DNA from: Macrostomum lignano
Lineage: Eukaryota
NCBI GenBank assembly: GCA_002269645.1
Contig: NIVC01000374.1
Coordinates: 434,001 to 498,000, forward strand
Direction: 5' to 3'
DNA length: 64,000 nucleotides
The position numbers and the translations under genes were made by a program. Below are positions 53,197-64,000 of the stretch, piece after piece. A model generated the notes under the pieces. The model had not been told where the DNA came from and made no database searches. It saw nothing but the letters and a program-made list of their open reading frames with translations. How positions within the stretch are numbered: the stretch's first letter is position 1; each line of letters begins with the position of its first letter.

Positions 53197-56100
53197 TTAC
53201 TCGGCCACCACAGCCGCAGGCGGTGACTGCGGCAGGTCGCCGCCACCGCCTCCAGCGCGCCGTTGCCGCCGCTGGCCAGCAGCCGCAGCCGACACCTGCA
53301 GCCGCTCCTCCAGCCGCTTGGCCGCCCGGTCCCTCTCGCGCAGAGCCGCCTCCGTTTCCTGCAGCTGCCGCTGGCTGTGCCGAAGCGCCCCGGCCAGCTC
53401 CTCCGCCCGCCTGTTAAGCCGCTCGGACTCGACACGTCGCTCGTCGAGCGCCCGTTCGAGCTTCTCCGCGAGGCCGTGAGCTTCGTCTTTCCAACGCTGG
53501 GCAAGCCGCTGCTGACCAGCTAAGAGGTTGCGAATTCCGCTGACTGTCTGGCGGCTGGTGTCCGCCTCGGCTGTGCGGCGAATCTCCAGCTGGTTGAATC
53601 GCATCTGCCAGTCGTGCTCGGCTTGTTGAAGTTCCGCTTTTAAGTGACGCTCGGCTGCTGCGCAATCGCGTTTGGCTGCGTTGCATCTGGCGATTGGATT
53701 GGGATTGAAGTACCTGATGTACTTTTTCTGTTCAAATACGAGTATTAAAATAGTCAACGTGTTGCTCAATATGTCGGTAAATGTGTCGCTAACCAAGTCG
53801 CTCAATATGTCAGTGAATGTGTCGCTAAACAAGTCGCTCAATATGTCAGTGAATGTGTCGCTAAACAAGTCGCTCAATATGTCAGTAAATGTGTCGCTAA
53901 TCTAGTCGCTCAATATGTCGGTAAATGTGTCGCTAATCAAGTCACTTATTATGTCGGTAATGTGTCGCTAATCAAGTCACTTATTATGTCGGTAAATGTG
54001 TCGTTAATCAAGTCACTTATTATGTCGGTAAATGTGTCGTTAATCAAGTCGCTTAATAAGTCGGTAACTGTGTCGCTAATCAAGTCGCTTATTATGTCGG
54101 TAAATATGTCGCTAGACTTTCCACCTATTGCATCGATTAAAAAAACAATCGCTAAAACACGACATCGACTTACTTATTCTCAGCCTCCTCAGCCCTGGCC
54201 ATAGCCGAGTCCCGCTCAGCAGTGCACCGTTCAAGCGAGGCGGCAACGCTAGCCGTGTGCTCCTTGGCGCTGGTCAGATCCGTAGCCAGCTGGGACCGCT
54301 CGCTGCGCCAGGCCAGCTCTTCGCGTCGGCGCTCCTGAGCCAGGCCGTCTAATCGAAGCTGGCAGGCGTCTCGTTCCCGTTCAGCGCTTAGCAATCGACG
54401 CTGAAGATCCTCCCTAGCCGAGGCGTCCTCCTTCGAGCGCAGCAAATTGTCGCGCGCCTGTCTGTCCAGTTCCGCTTCGGCTAAGCGTTTCTCTTTCACT
54501 GCGCGTTCAGTCGACGCGCGAGCTTCAGCGGCGGCGGTCTCGGCCTGGCTGAGCTGCTCAGTGAGGGATTCGATGCGAGAGTTGGCCTCCTGACGAACTG
54601 CGGACACCTCTTCGCGAGTGCGAGCTCCGGCATCGTCTACTAGCTGGTTTAGCGCGGCCTGGTTTAACAAATTTTGTATGGCGCATTATACACTACTGCC
54701 ATGCTAAGTAGTTTTAAGTCGTCTAATTGAGTTGTTAATTGTTAAAATTTGAAACAAAAGCTCGAGGATTTTATAGGTAGCTTGAGGATCTTATTGGGCT
54801 TGAGGATCCTATGGGAAGCTTGAGGATCTTATGGCAAGCTGGATGATCTTATGGGAATCTTGAGGATCTCATTGGGCTTGAGGATCTTATGGGAAGCTTG
54901 AAGACCTTATTGGGCTTGAGGATATTATGGGAAGCTTGAAGACCTTATTGGGCTTGAGGATCTTATGGGAAGCTTGAAGACCTTATTGGGCTTGAGGATA
55001 TTATGGGAAGCTTGAAGACCTTATTGGGCTTGAGGATCTTATGGGAAGCTTGAGGGTCTCATGGCAAGCTGGAGGATCCTATGGGAATCTTGAGTATATT
55101 ATTGGGCTTGAGGATCTTATGGAAAGCTTGAGGATATTATTGGGCTTAAGGATCCTATGGGAATCTTGAGTATATTTATTGGGCTTGAGGATCTTATGGG
55201 AAGCTTGGGGATCTTATGGGAATCTTGAGGATCTTATGGGAATCTTAAGGATCTTATTGGGCTTGAGGATCTTATGGGATGCTTGAGGATCTTATTGGGC
55301 TTGAGGATCTTATGGGATGCTTGAGGATCTTATTGGGCTTGAGGATCTTATTGGGCTTGAGGACCTTATTGGGCTTGAGGATCTTATGGGAATCTTGAGG
55401 ATCTTATTGGGCTTGAGGATCTTATGGGAATCTTGAGGATCTTATTGGGCTTGAGGATCTTATTGGGCTTGAGGATCCTATGGCAAGCTGAAAGATCTTA
55501 TGGGAATCTTGAGGGTCTCATGGCAAGCTGGGGGATCTTATGCAAATCTTGAGGAAGACTAACGATCCTATGAGAAGCCTGAACATCAGCTAAGAAACCT
55601 CCCAAAAGAAGTTTTGGGCATTTAAAGAAAGGAATTCTGGAGATCTCAGAGCTTGAAGGTGCAGTCTGTCAGGAAACGTCGTCTATAAATAGCGCATAGC
55701 ACTAATTAACTAGTCCAGAATATTACTAACTATTTTACCTGCAATCGCTCGCATTCGGCTCTGGTTGAGGCTAACTCAGTGACCACTTCGGATTTCTCGT
55801 GTACAGCGGCCTCGGCTGTTGAAACAGCGTCTCGAACCTGATTAGTGGCGTGCGATACAAACTATATAGATAAGGACTTTCTGCACTTTCACCACTATAT
55901 AGACAGAGACAGACAGACACTAAGACAGACAGACAGTATAAGACACTCGGACAGACACAGACTCGGACAGATACATACAGACAGGTGGTCAGACTGAGAC
56001 AGGCACACAGACAGGCGGTCAGACTGAGCCAGGCACACACAGAGACAGGTGGACAGACTGAGACAGACACATACAGAAAGGCGGTCCCACTGAGACATGC

Positions 56101-58787
56101 ACACACAGACAGGCGGACAGACACATCAGACAGGCGGACAGACTGAGACAGACACATCCAGACAGGCGGTCAGACTGGGACAGACACATACAGACAGGCG
56201 GACAGACTGAGACAGGCACACAGACAGGCGGTCAGACTGAGACAGGCACACAGACAGGTGGACAGACTGAGACAGACACATACAGACAGGCGGTCCCACT
56301 GAGACAGGCACACACAGACAGGCGGACAGACACATCAGACAGGCGGACAGACTGAGACAGACACATCCAGACAGGCGGTCAGACTGGGACAGAAACATAC
56401 AGACAGGCGGACAGACTGAGACAGGCACACAGACAGGTGGTCAGACTGAGACAGGCACACAGACAGGTGGACAGACTGAGACAGACACATACAGACAGGC
56501 GGTCAGACTGGGACAGGCACACAGACAGGCGGTCAGACTGAGACAGGCACACAGACAGGTGGACAGACTGAGACAGACACATACAGACAGGCGGTCAGAC
56601 TGGGACAGACACATACAGACAGGCGGACAGACTGAGACAGGCAGACACAGACAGGCGGTCAGATTGGGACAGACACACACAGACAGGTGGACAGGCTCAA
56701 ACAGAACACGCGGAGCCAGCCGACGAGTGCCCCTACTTGCTCAGCCGCCTGAGCGGCAGCCTCTTCGGCCTCCTGCAGCCGCTCCTGCAGCTCCAGCACG
56801 CGAGTCTCCAGCGAGCGCCTCTCAGCGCCGGCCCGCTCCTGGGCAGCCGCCAGGCGCTGCTCGGCGTCCGCTAGCGACTCGCGGAGTCGACGAATCTCTC
56901 CGCCGCCGACAGCACCGTTTGTAGCCGCGCTGGCAGATTCGGCAAGCTGTTCGCGAAGCTGACGGCAGGTTCGACTGGCCTGCAATTGCGAATAAGTGGT
57001 GAAAAAAGATTATTTTTTATTGCCTATTAACTCCATTACATCCTCATTACAGCGGTCCAGACCTTCTAAACGTCTAGCATACACACTCTGTGCTTTACTA
57101 ATTATCCCTCATGGAATTCCCTTTAGGCAAATCGTTCTTTGTCCACAAGCCCTAGATTTCTGCTAGTGGAATTTCCATGGAATTTCCACGGAATTCCCAC
57201 GCGCGGAATCGAGTCCGTGATCTTCGGCACGAGAGACAGACGTCTTGGTCTAGATATGACCTAGGCCAAGAGGCGTCCCATAGTCGCTGCAGGTAACACA
57301 GGTAAAATAAGAAAGAAGTAACTCTAGACGACTCTAGAACGGCTCTAAACGACGAGATTTCACGGTCTCAAAAATGTCGTCAAAGAGTCGCCCAAGAGTC
57401 GTATCTCTAAGGCATGCCAGAGTCGCTGTAGAATCACTGAGTTGCGTCTACGAGTAAAGCGCATCTGCGTCACTCAATGAATTAGAATCGCATTTCGCTT
57501 CTATAACAACTTTATTTAGTCTACTTGAGTTAGTAGGAAGTTAAGCGCTAACACACGGCTTTTAGACGACTTTTTCGCGACTGTTACGATTCTGCAGCTC
57601 ACGTGATGCATTCGTGACCCAACAGTCGCCTCTCCGTCACGTTGCAGTCGTTTTGAGTCGTTAAAATGTGTCACAAGAGCCGCCCCAGAGTCGCTAGAGT
57701 CACTACTGAATAAAAACATTTCACCTGAGCAGCTTCATCCCGACTGGCAGCCAGTTCGGAGCGCAGCCTGGCAACTTCGGCTTCGAGTTCGCCAACAACA
57801 GCGGCGTGAGACTCGACAGCTCGCTCCAGGCCGGTGCCGTTGCGCAAGGCTGCCACCTCGTCCGCGAGGCGTTCGAGCTCGGCTGAGGCCAGCCTGAGAG
57901 GCACAGTTGGGAAGAGTTTGGAGTTCATGAGGCGATTTTTAATGAAGTCATAGAGATGAGGTCAATGAGGTCAATGAGGTCAATGATCAATGAAGCCATC
58001 TGGTCAATGATCAATGAAGTCAATGAGGTCAATGATCAATGAAGCCAATAGTCAATGATCAATGAGGTCAATGATCAATGAAGCCATCTGGTCAATGATC
58101 AATGAAGTCAATAAGGTCAATGATCAATGAAGTCAATAAGGTCAATGATCAATGAAGCCATCTGGTCAATGATCAATGAAGTCAATGAGGTCAATGATCA
58201 ATGAAGTCAATAAGGTCAATGATCAATGAAGTCAATGAGGTCAATGATCAATGAAGTCAATAGTCAATTATCAATGGGGCCAATGATCAACGAGATCAAT
58301 GAGGTCAATGAGGCCATAGACCCAAATTCTAACGAGGTCATAGACTTATGTTGTTAATGAGGTCATAAACCCATATTATCAATTAGGTCATTACACAATG
58401 ACCCTACACTCACCTGTACAACTGCTGGCTCTGCTCCTTCTCTAGCAGAGCCTGAGCTAGTTGAGCATGCAGATTCTCCTCAACCTCGGATCTGTCAGCT
58501 AGCACCTGTCCATCAGCCGTTAGCTCTTCCAATGCCCGCCGCAGTTCAACAACTTTAGACCGTTCGCGTTCGTACTCAGCCAGTAGGGCCTCGTATTCGG
58601 TCAACAGCGGCGGCATGACTTGCCGGTGCTTGCGCAACAGCAGCTGGCTATCGCCGTCCAACGATTCGAAATAGTCGGCCATCTGTTCCATATTTTGGCG
58701 CCTGGCCAGCGCGGCATTTAATCGGCGAATCTCATCGTGGAGCTGCTGCTCCGTTGCGGCTCCGGCGCCACCGCCTCGTTCAGCCAT
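53197..58787 (-). CDS. SCLT1: Sodium channel and clathrin linker 1 (centriolar distal appendage coiled-coil protein); 6 exons
   Basis: Exons 58787-58414, 57893-57725, 56979-56737, 55837-55739, 54658-54174 and 53686 (or 53713)-53197, about 620 aa of coiled coil. Recalled SCLT1-like segments: PPLLTEYE, NLHAQL..A..EKEQ, LVDDAGARTREEV...IESLTEQL...ERAVKEKRLAEAEL, RNLLAGQQRLAQRWKDE. Confidence 0.75.
53755..54112. repeat. 36-bp minisatellite AATATGTCAGTGAATGTGTCGCTAAACAAGTCGCTC
   Basis: About 10 copies in SCLT1 intron 5. Confidence 0.9.
54775..55550. repeat. 18/21-bp minisatellite TTGAGGATCTTATTGGGC / TTGAGGATCTTATGGGAAGC
   Basis: SCLT1 intron 4. Confidence 0.92.
55900..56695. repeat. GACA-derived ~30-36-bp minisatellite CAGACAGGCGGTCAGACTGAGACAGGCACA
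   Basis: SCLT1 intron 3. Confidence 0.92.
57955..58310. repeat. TCAATGA-based repeat
   Basis: SCLT1 intron 1. Confidence 0.9.
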
Positions 58788-58909
58788 GCAATAAAGTGTT
58801 TTTAAAATGAGTTTGTGATGAATGCACTGCTGAATGCGCGGCTTTGGGACTGATTGTAAACTTAATTACGAGCGCATATAGTCACACAAACTGGTGCCCG
58901 ATGACACCA

Positions 58910-59146
58910 GTAGGACACTAGGACAGACAGACAGACACTAGGACAGACAGACAGACAGACACTAGGACACTAAGACACACAGACAGACACTAGGACACTA
59001 AGACAGACAGACAGACACTAGGACACTAAGACAGACAGACAGATACTAGGACACTAAGACAGACAGACACTAGGACACTAAGACAGACAGACAGACAGAC
59101 AGGCAGGCAGACAGACAGGCAGGCAGACAGACGGACAGACAGAAAA

Positions 59147-59179
<33 letters not shown>

Positions 59180-59275
59180 AAAACAGACAGACAGACAGAC
59201 AGAAAAACAGACAGACAGACAGACAGACAGAAAGAAAGACAGATACAGAGACACTAAGACAGGCAGACGGAAGCA
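58910..59275. repeat. GACA-based compound repeat
   Basis: VDAC-SCLT1 spacer. Confidence 0.88.
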
Positions 59276-60061
59276 TCAATCAAAAGACAGACAATGGTGG
59301 CCACATAAGTCCATACAGGCAGGTCAGTTATTTCTAAAGCAACACTGCTTAGACTACTATAACACATACAACCTATGCTCAAACGTGATATAGTAAATAA
59401 AATAAAATAACTCAAACTGAAAACTGAAAACAGTTACGGTTCTCTTGGTGTTAATTTATACTTCGGCCAATAGCAAAGAGGTGTTCATACTGTTTCCAAA
59501 TATTTTAATTCGCCAATAAAAAGCTTGTTATCAGTTGCTACGACCCAAGCATGGCAATTACCTTTCCCGCTACACTTTATAGTAAGCTATTAAGTATTAC
59601 GTAGGGTTAAAATGAACAGACAAAAAATGGGAGCCTAAAGATCAGTACGAGATGCAGCGAGACACAGTAGAGTGTAAAGAATAAATCCCCTAGTAAAAAA
59701 TCGGTTAATTATACTACTTATTACTTTGCATTTAACTTACTATAGTAGTAAATAATGAGGCTAAATGTGCAGCAATAAGATGTTAGATAGGAATATATAA
59801 TAATCTAGGAAAATAACAGAACATAAGATGCGTACGAAGAGTAAAAGGGATTTTTATATAACTTACTAAGTTAGAAAACTAAACATAAGCTAGTATGAGA
59901 GGGTTAACTTGCACACGCGTACTTTTGTTTTACTTTGTTAATCCAGTTTTGTTTATTAAGTAAGGGCGCCAATTTCGATTTAAACTAATTTCTGTTTTCA
60001 TTTCTTGCTAATTGAGTAGTTCTCAGACCAAAGAAACTTTATGGATTATTATTCATATTAG

Positions 60062-63000
60062 TTAAGAATCGAAGCTGAGCGCCAGACCAAGACGGTGGCC
60101 GCCGCCGTTAATGTTCTTGCCGTCAAAGTTGCCGCACAGAGTGACGCGAACGCCGTCGTTAACCTTGAAGCTGTAGGCCGAACCAATCATGCTGTTGTTG
60201 TCAACCTGTGGGGTGCATGCGGGTAGCATATAGGCACCGCTTCTGAGGCTTTTGTAGGGAAGCGGTTCTCAGACTATCGCAAGCTGCATCCAACATAACA
60301 CTCCACAGTTCTCTAATAACATCTTTTTAAATCACCCAGTACGGCTATGGACCCAGGTGTTTATCCCCCTGAATTCCCCAATCGATCTTCCTGAATTCCC
60401 CAATCTATCTCCCTGAATTCCCCAATCTGTCTCCCTGAAGCCCCCAATCTATCTTCCTGAACCCCCCAATCTATCTTCCTGAAGCCCCCAATCTATCTCC
60501 CTGAACCCCCCACCCAATCTATCCCCTGAAGCCCCCAATCTATCTCCCTGAAGCCCCCAATCTATCTCCCTGAAGCCCCCAATCTATCTCCCTGAAGCCC
60601 CCAATCTATCTCCCTGAAGCCCCCAATCTATCTCCCTGAAGCCCCCAATCTATCTTCCTGAAGCCCCCAATCTATCTCCCTGAACCCCCCACCCAATCTA
60701 TCCCCCTGAAGCCCCCAATCTATCTCCCTGAAGCCCCCAATCTATCTCCCTGAAGCCCCCAATCTATCTTCCTGAAGCCCCCAATCTATCTCCCTGAAGC
60801 CCCCAATCTATCTCCCTGAACCCCCACCCAATCTATCCCCTGAAGCCCCCAATCTATCTCCCTGAAACCCCCAATCTATCTTCCTGAAGCCCCAAATCTA
60901 TCTTCCTGAACCCCCCAATCTATCTCCCTGAAGCCCCCAATCTATCTCCCTGAAGCCCCCAATCTATGTCCCTGAAGCCCCCAATCTATCTCCCTGAAGC
61001 CCCCAATCTATCTTCCTGAACCCCCCAATCTATCTCCCTGAACCCCCCACCCAATCTATCCCCCTGAAGCCCCAAATCTATCTCCCTGAAGCCCCCAATC
61101 TATCTCCTTGAACCCCCCACCCAATCTATCCCCCTGAAGCCCCAAATCTATCTTCCTGAAGCCCCCAATCTATCTCCCTGAAGCCCCCAATCTATCTCCC
61201 TGAACCCCCCACCCAATCTATCCCCTGAAGCCCCCAATCTATCTCCCTGAAGCCCCCAATCTATCTCCCTGAAGCCCCAATCTATCTTCCTGAAGCCCCC
61301 AATCTATCTCCCTGAAGCCCCCAATCTATCTCCCTGAACCCCCCACCCAATCTATCCCCCTGAAGCCCCCAATCTATCTCCCTGAAACCCCCAATCTATC
61401 TTCCTGAAGCCCCAAATCTATCTTCCTGAACCCCCCAATCTATCTCCCTGAAGCCCCCAATCTATCTCCCTGAAGCCCCCAATCTATGTCCCTGAAGCCC
61501 CCAATCTATCTCCCTGAAGCCCCCAATCTATCTTCCTGAACCCCCAATCTATCTCCCTGAACCCCCCACCCAATCTATCCCCCTGAAGCCCCAAATCTAT
61601 CTCCCTGAAGCCCCCAATCTATCTCCTTGAACCCCCCACCCAATCTATCCCCCTGAAGCCCCAAATCTATCTCCCTGAAGCCCCAAATCTATCTTCCTGA
61701 AGCCCCAAATCTATCTTCCTGAACCCCCCAATCTATTTTCCTGAACCCCCCAATGTATCTTCCTGAACCCCCCAATCTATCTTCCTGAAGCCATTAGTCT
61801 ATCCCCCTGAAGCCCCCATTATATCCCTTTAAGTCCCTAATCTACCCTACTGAAGCCCTTAGCCAATTCCCTGAAGCCATCAGTCTATCTCCCAGATTTC
61901 GCAAGCTTTAACCCTTCCAAGTCTCTCATCTCCCTAGAAATCTAAACCCCTATAGGAAAAAGTTGTAAAACCGCGGACGGTGTCCGGCGCACTTTTGAAA
62001 TTTTTCTAAAGCGCAGCGCGCGCACAGGCGCAGCGCCTGCGCGCGCTGCCCTTTCTTACTGGCTGCTGCTCTAGCAAATACATATACATGGAAATGGGTA
62101 TAATACCTCTGTTGAAGGGGCTTATACACTCGTAATTTATTAAGCTTAGAGATGTTCCGAAAATTCAATTTCAATTTTCCAAAATTTGAAATTTTTTAGA
62201 GCGAATTTCAATTTCGAAATAAAATTTAGAAGTGAAAATTTTGGTAGTGTCTAAAAAGTCGCTAAAAATAAACTACTTTCTACTACATATACATGTATTA
62301 CTTTTTGCTTAAGCAGTAAATTGAAAGTAAAAAAGTGAGTGTTGATCATACTAAACTTTGTTTTTCTGAATTATGATTTCGGGAAATTTCAATTTTGATT
62401 TTGGAAAGTTAGCGAATTTTGATTTCGACGAAACTGCAGATCTTTCGGAACATCTCTAATAATCCTAAAGCGCGGTAAAATAGTTTGACTCTTTTCTAAA
62501 GCGCGCGTCCGCGGGTTTTTAACATTTATTCCAATAGGGATCTAAACCAAATCGAACCTTGAACTTGAAGAAGCTATCGCCCTCCAGCTTATACTTGGTG
62601 GCCACGCCAAAATCCGTAGCGTGACTGCTAGACGACCAGCCGAGTTTAACGCCAGTCTCCAACGATTCCGACAGTTTCTGGTAGACAGAGCCAGAAAAGT
62701 TGGTGCCATTCTCAACTCCGGCATAGAGACAGAAATCCTTAAGCTTATAGGCGACGCCATAGTTAAGCTTAGTAAGCTTCTGTCGCTCCGTGTCGTAGCC
62801 GACATTGACGCCGCCGAAGAAGTTCTGATAGCCGAACACGCCGCTACCAACCAGGGTTGGCAAGTTAGATTTGAACTCCAGGTCCAAGCCTAGATTAGCG
62901 TTGGAAGATTTGAATCCATTCTTCACCTTGGCGCTCTTCTTGCCAGTATTAGGCTCGAAATTGGCCTCGAGAGAATTCTTCAGACCCTTCACTAGCTTGT

Positions 63001-63262
63001 CCTCGATGGCCACCTCGGCGGTTACAACATTGCTAGTCTTCCACTTCTCAGTGAATGTGATTCCGTAGTCTTTGAACACGTATTTAGTCTCCAGGTCGCC
63101 GGCGGCACGACCAGTTTCCATATCGTGATTGCCGGTGGTTTTAAGTTCTACACCGGTTGAAGTCTTGGACTTGATCTCCGCTTTGACAGACCCAAATGTG
63201 TAGTCCCGGCTGAACAGGTCCGAGGCATCCTTGCCAAGATCGCCAAAGCTTGGTGGGGCCAT
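60062..63262 (-). CDS. VDAC: Voltage-dependent anion channel (mitochondrial porin); 2 exons
   Basis: Exons 63262-62558 and 60205-60062, 282 aa. It starts MAPPSFGDLGKDASDLFSRDY, contains ITFTEKWKT, and ends KVDNNSMIG..Y...GVRVTL...DGKNINGGGHRLGLAL. Confidence 0.96.
60360..61850. repeat. 22-bp minisatellite CCCCAATCTATCTCCCTGAAGC with higher-order duplication
   Basis: About 65 copies in the VDAC intron. Confidence 0.96.
61948..62539. mobile_element. Outer TIR element enclosing the hAT-like MITE (nested insertion)
   Basis: Imperfect ~32-34-bp inverted ends CCCTATAGGAAAAAGTTGTAAAACCGCGGACG / CGTCCGCGGGTTTTTAACATTTATTCCAATAGGG. Internal GC palindrome at 62013-62049. Confidence 0.55.
62147..62458. 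mobile_element. hAT-like MITE in the VDAC intron
   Basis: Perfect 16-bp TIR TAGAGATGTTCCGAAA / TTTCGGAACATCTCTA, an Ac-like TAG(A/G)GATG terminus. The interior is AT-rich. 8-bp flanks ATTAAGCT / ATAATCCT (5/8). Confidence 0.7.
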
Positions 63263-63844
63263 GTCTACTACGTGTTGCAGTGTAGTTTAGATCAGGGGAA
63301 AATATAATGAAGTGTCTTCTTTAAAGAGATTGCTGCCAAAGCTGAAGAGAAGTAGAGTGATTATCAAATACTATTGACTTTTGTGTGGCATAACACATCA
63401 ACCTGAATTTTAATAATGATTCCTGGAATATTAATACTTATACAAATTGTCAAATTTGAGTGATCTTTATTAATCACAGAAATATAGCTAGAAAGATAGC
63501 ATATTGAATTTAAAACCAAGAAGTAAATGGCATTTTAGAAGCTTCAGATAATTTTTAAAAAACCTAGCAGCTTGTACCTTTTCCTTGTATCTTTGCCACA
63601 TAACCAAAAGGTTCTCAAGCAATCAGTAAATACTATTTTAAAAGAAGTAGTATTATTAGGAACTTATAAGAACTTAGATACAGAAATTTTACATTTTCTG
63701 TCTTTAAAATCATATATTGGGCTTCTAACAAAAACTTATGTTTACAAAGCTATATTACAATCAGGTATATGCATTTTATTGCTTAAATTATAAACAGAAC
63801 AAATGAATTAGAACAAAAATAATTTGTGAGTTTTGAGGACCAAT

Positions 63845-64000
63845 TGACGTCAGACGTTTATGTCAGGCGTCACCTCCACAGGGCTCGACAGGGCTCATAT
63901 GGCTGACAATCAACGCCTTGACTGGTCGCAAGAAGAGAACGGTGCTAAACTTGACTGGCGACACGCCAGAAGCGCGCAGAAATGAGCTACGCGACTTCTT
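63845..64000. promoter_or_regulatory. CpG-rich patch with a CRE upstream of VDAC (candidate promoter at the head of the minus-strand cluster)
   Basis: TGACGTCA at 63845-63852. CpG-rich sequence begins abruptly after a CpG-free stretch. Confidence 0.3.

Overview
Eukaryotic, intron-rich animal DNA. GC-rich Ala/Gln/Ser-rich exons and introns filled with minisatellites suggest a free-living flatworm such as Macrostomum (inference from sequence style, not proven). Ten protein-coding genes were rebuilt by hand from splice signals and exon phase. Eight consecutive genes lie on the minus strand: VDAC, SCLT1, POLR3A/RPC1, SH3BP5-like, PCTP/STARD2, mitochondrial release factor MTRF1L-like, SCAI and RNPS1. 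After subtracting tandem arrays they are separated by about 0.8-1.3 kb of unique AT-rich DNA, and most start codons sit just behind an unpaired 3' splice acceptor, which makes this a candidate SL trans-spliced operon. The window also holds a 10-exon plus-strand gene for an uncharacterised ~514-aa protein with four internal repeats, a C-terminal CCVVL (CaaX) motif and one GC-AG intron, plus the 5' exons of an eh1-containing (Hlx/Dbx-like) gene at the left edge. About 40 tandem arrays cover roughly 40% of the window and explain nearly all long ORFs in the ORF track. Several arrays form families with shared cores: a 23/46-bp GGGCGATTCT family and a 27-bp CAGCAACTGAGGATCTGGG family. Other features are a dispersed hairpin element in four introns, nested MITEs, and two sharply bounded CpG-depleted islands. 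No rRNA, tRNA or CRISPR array was seen.
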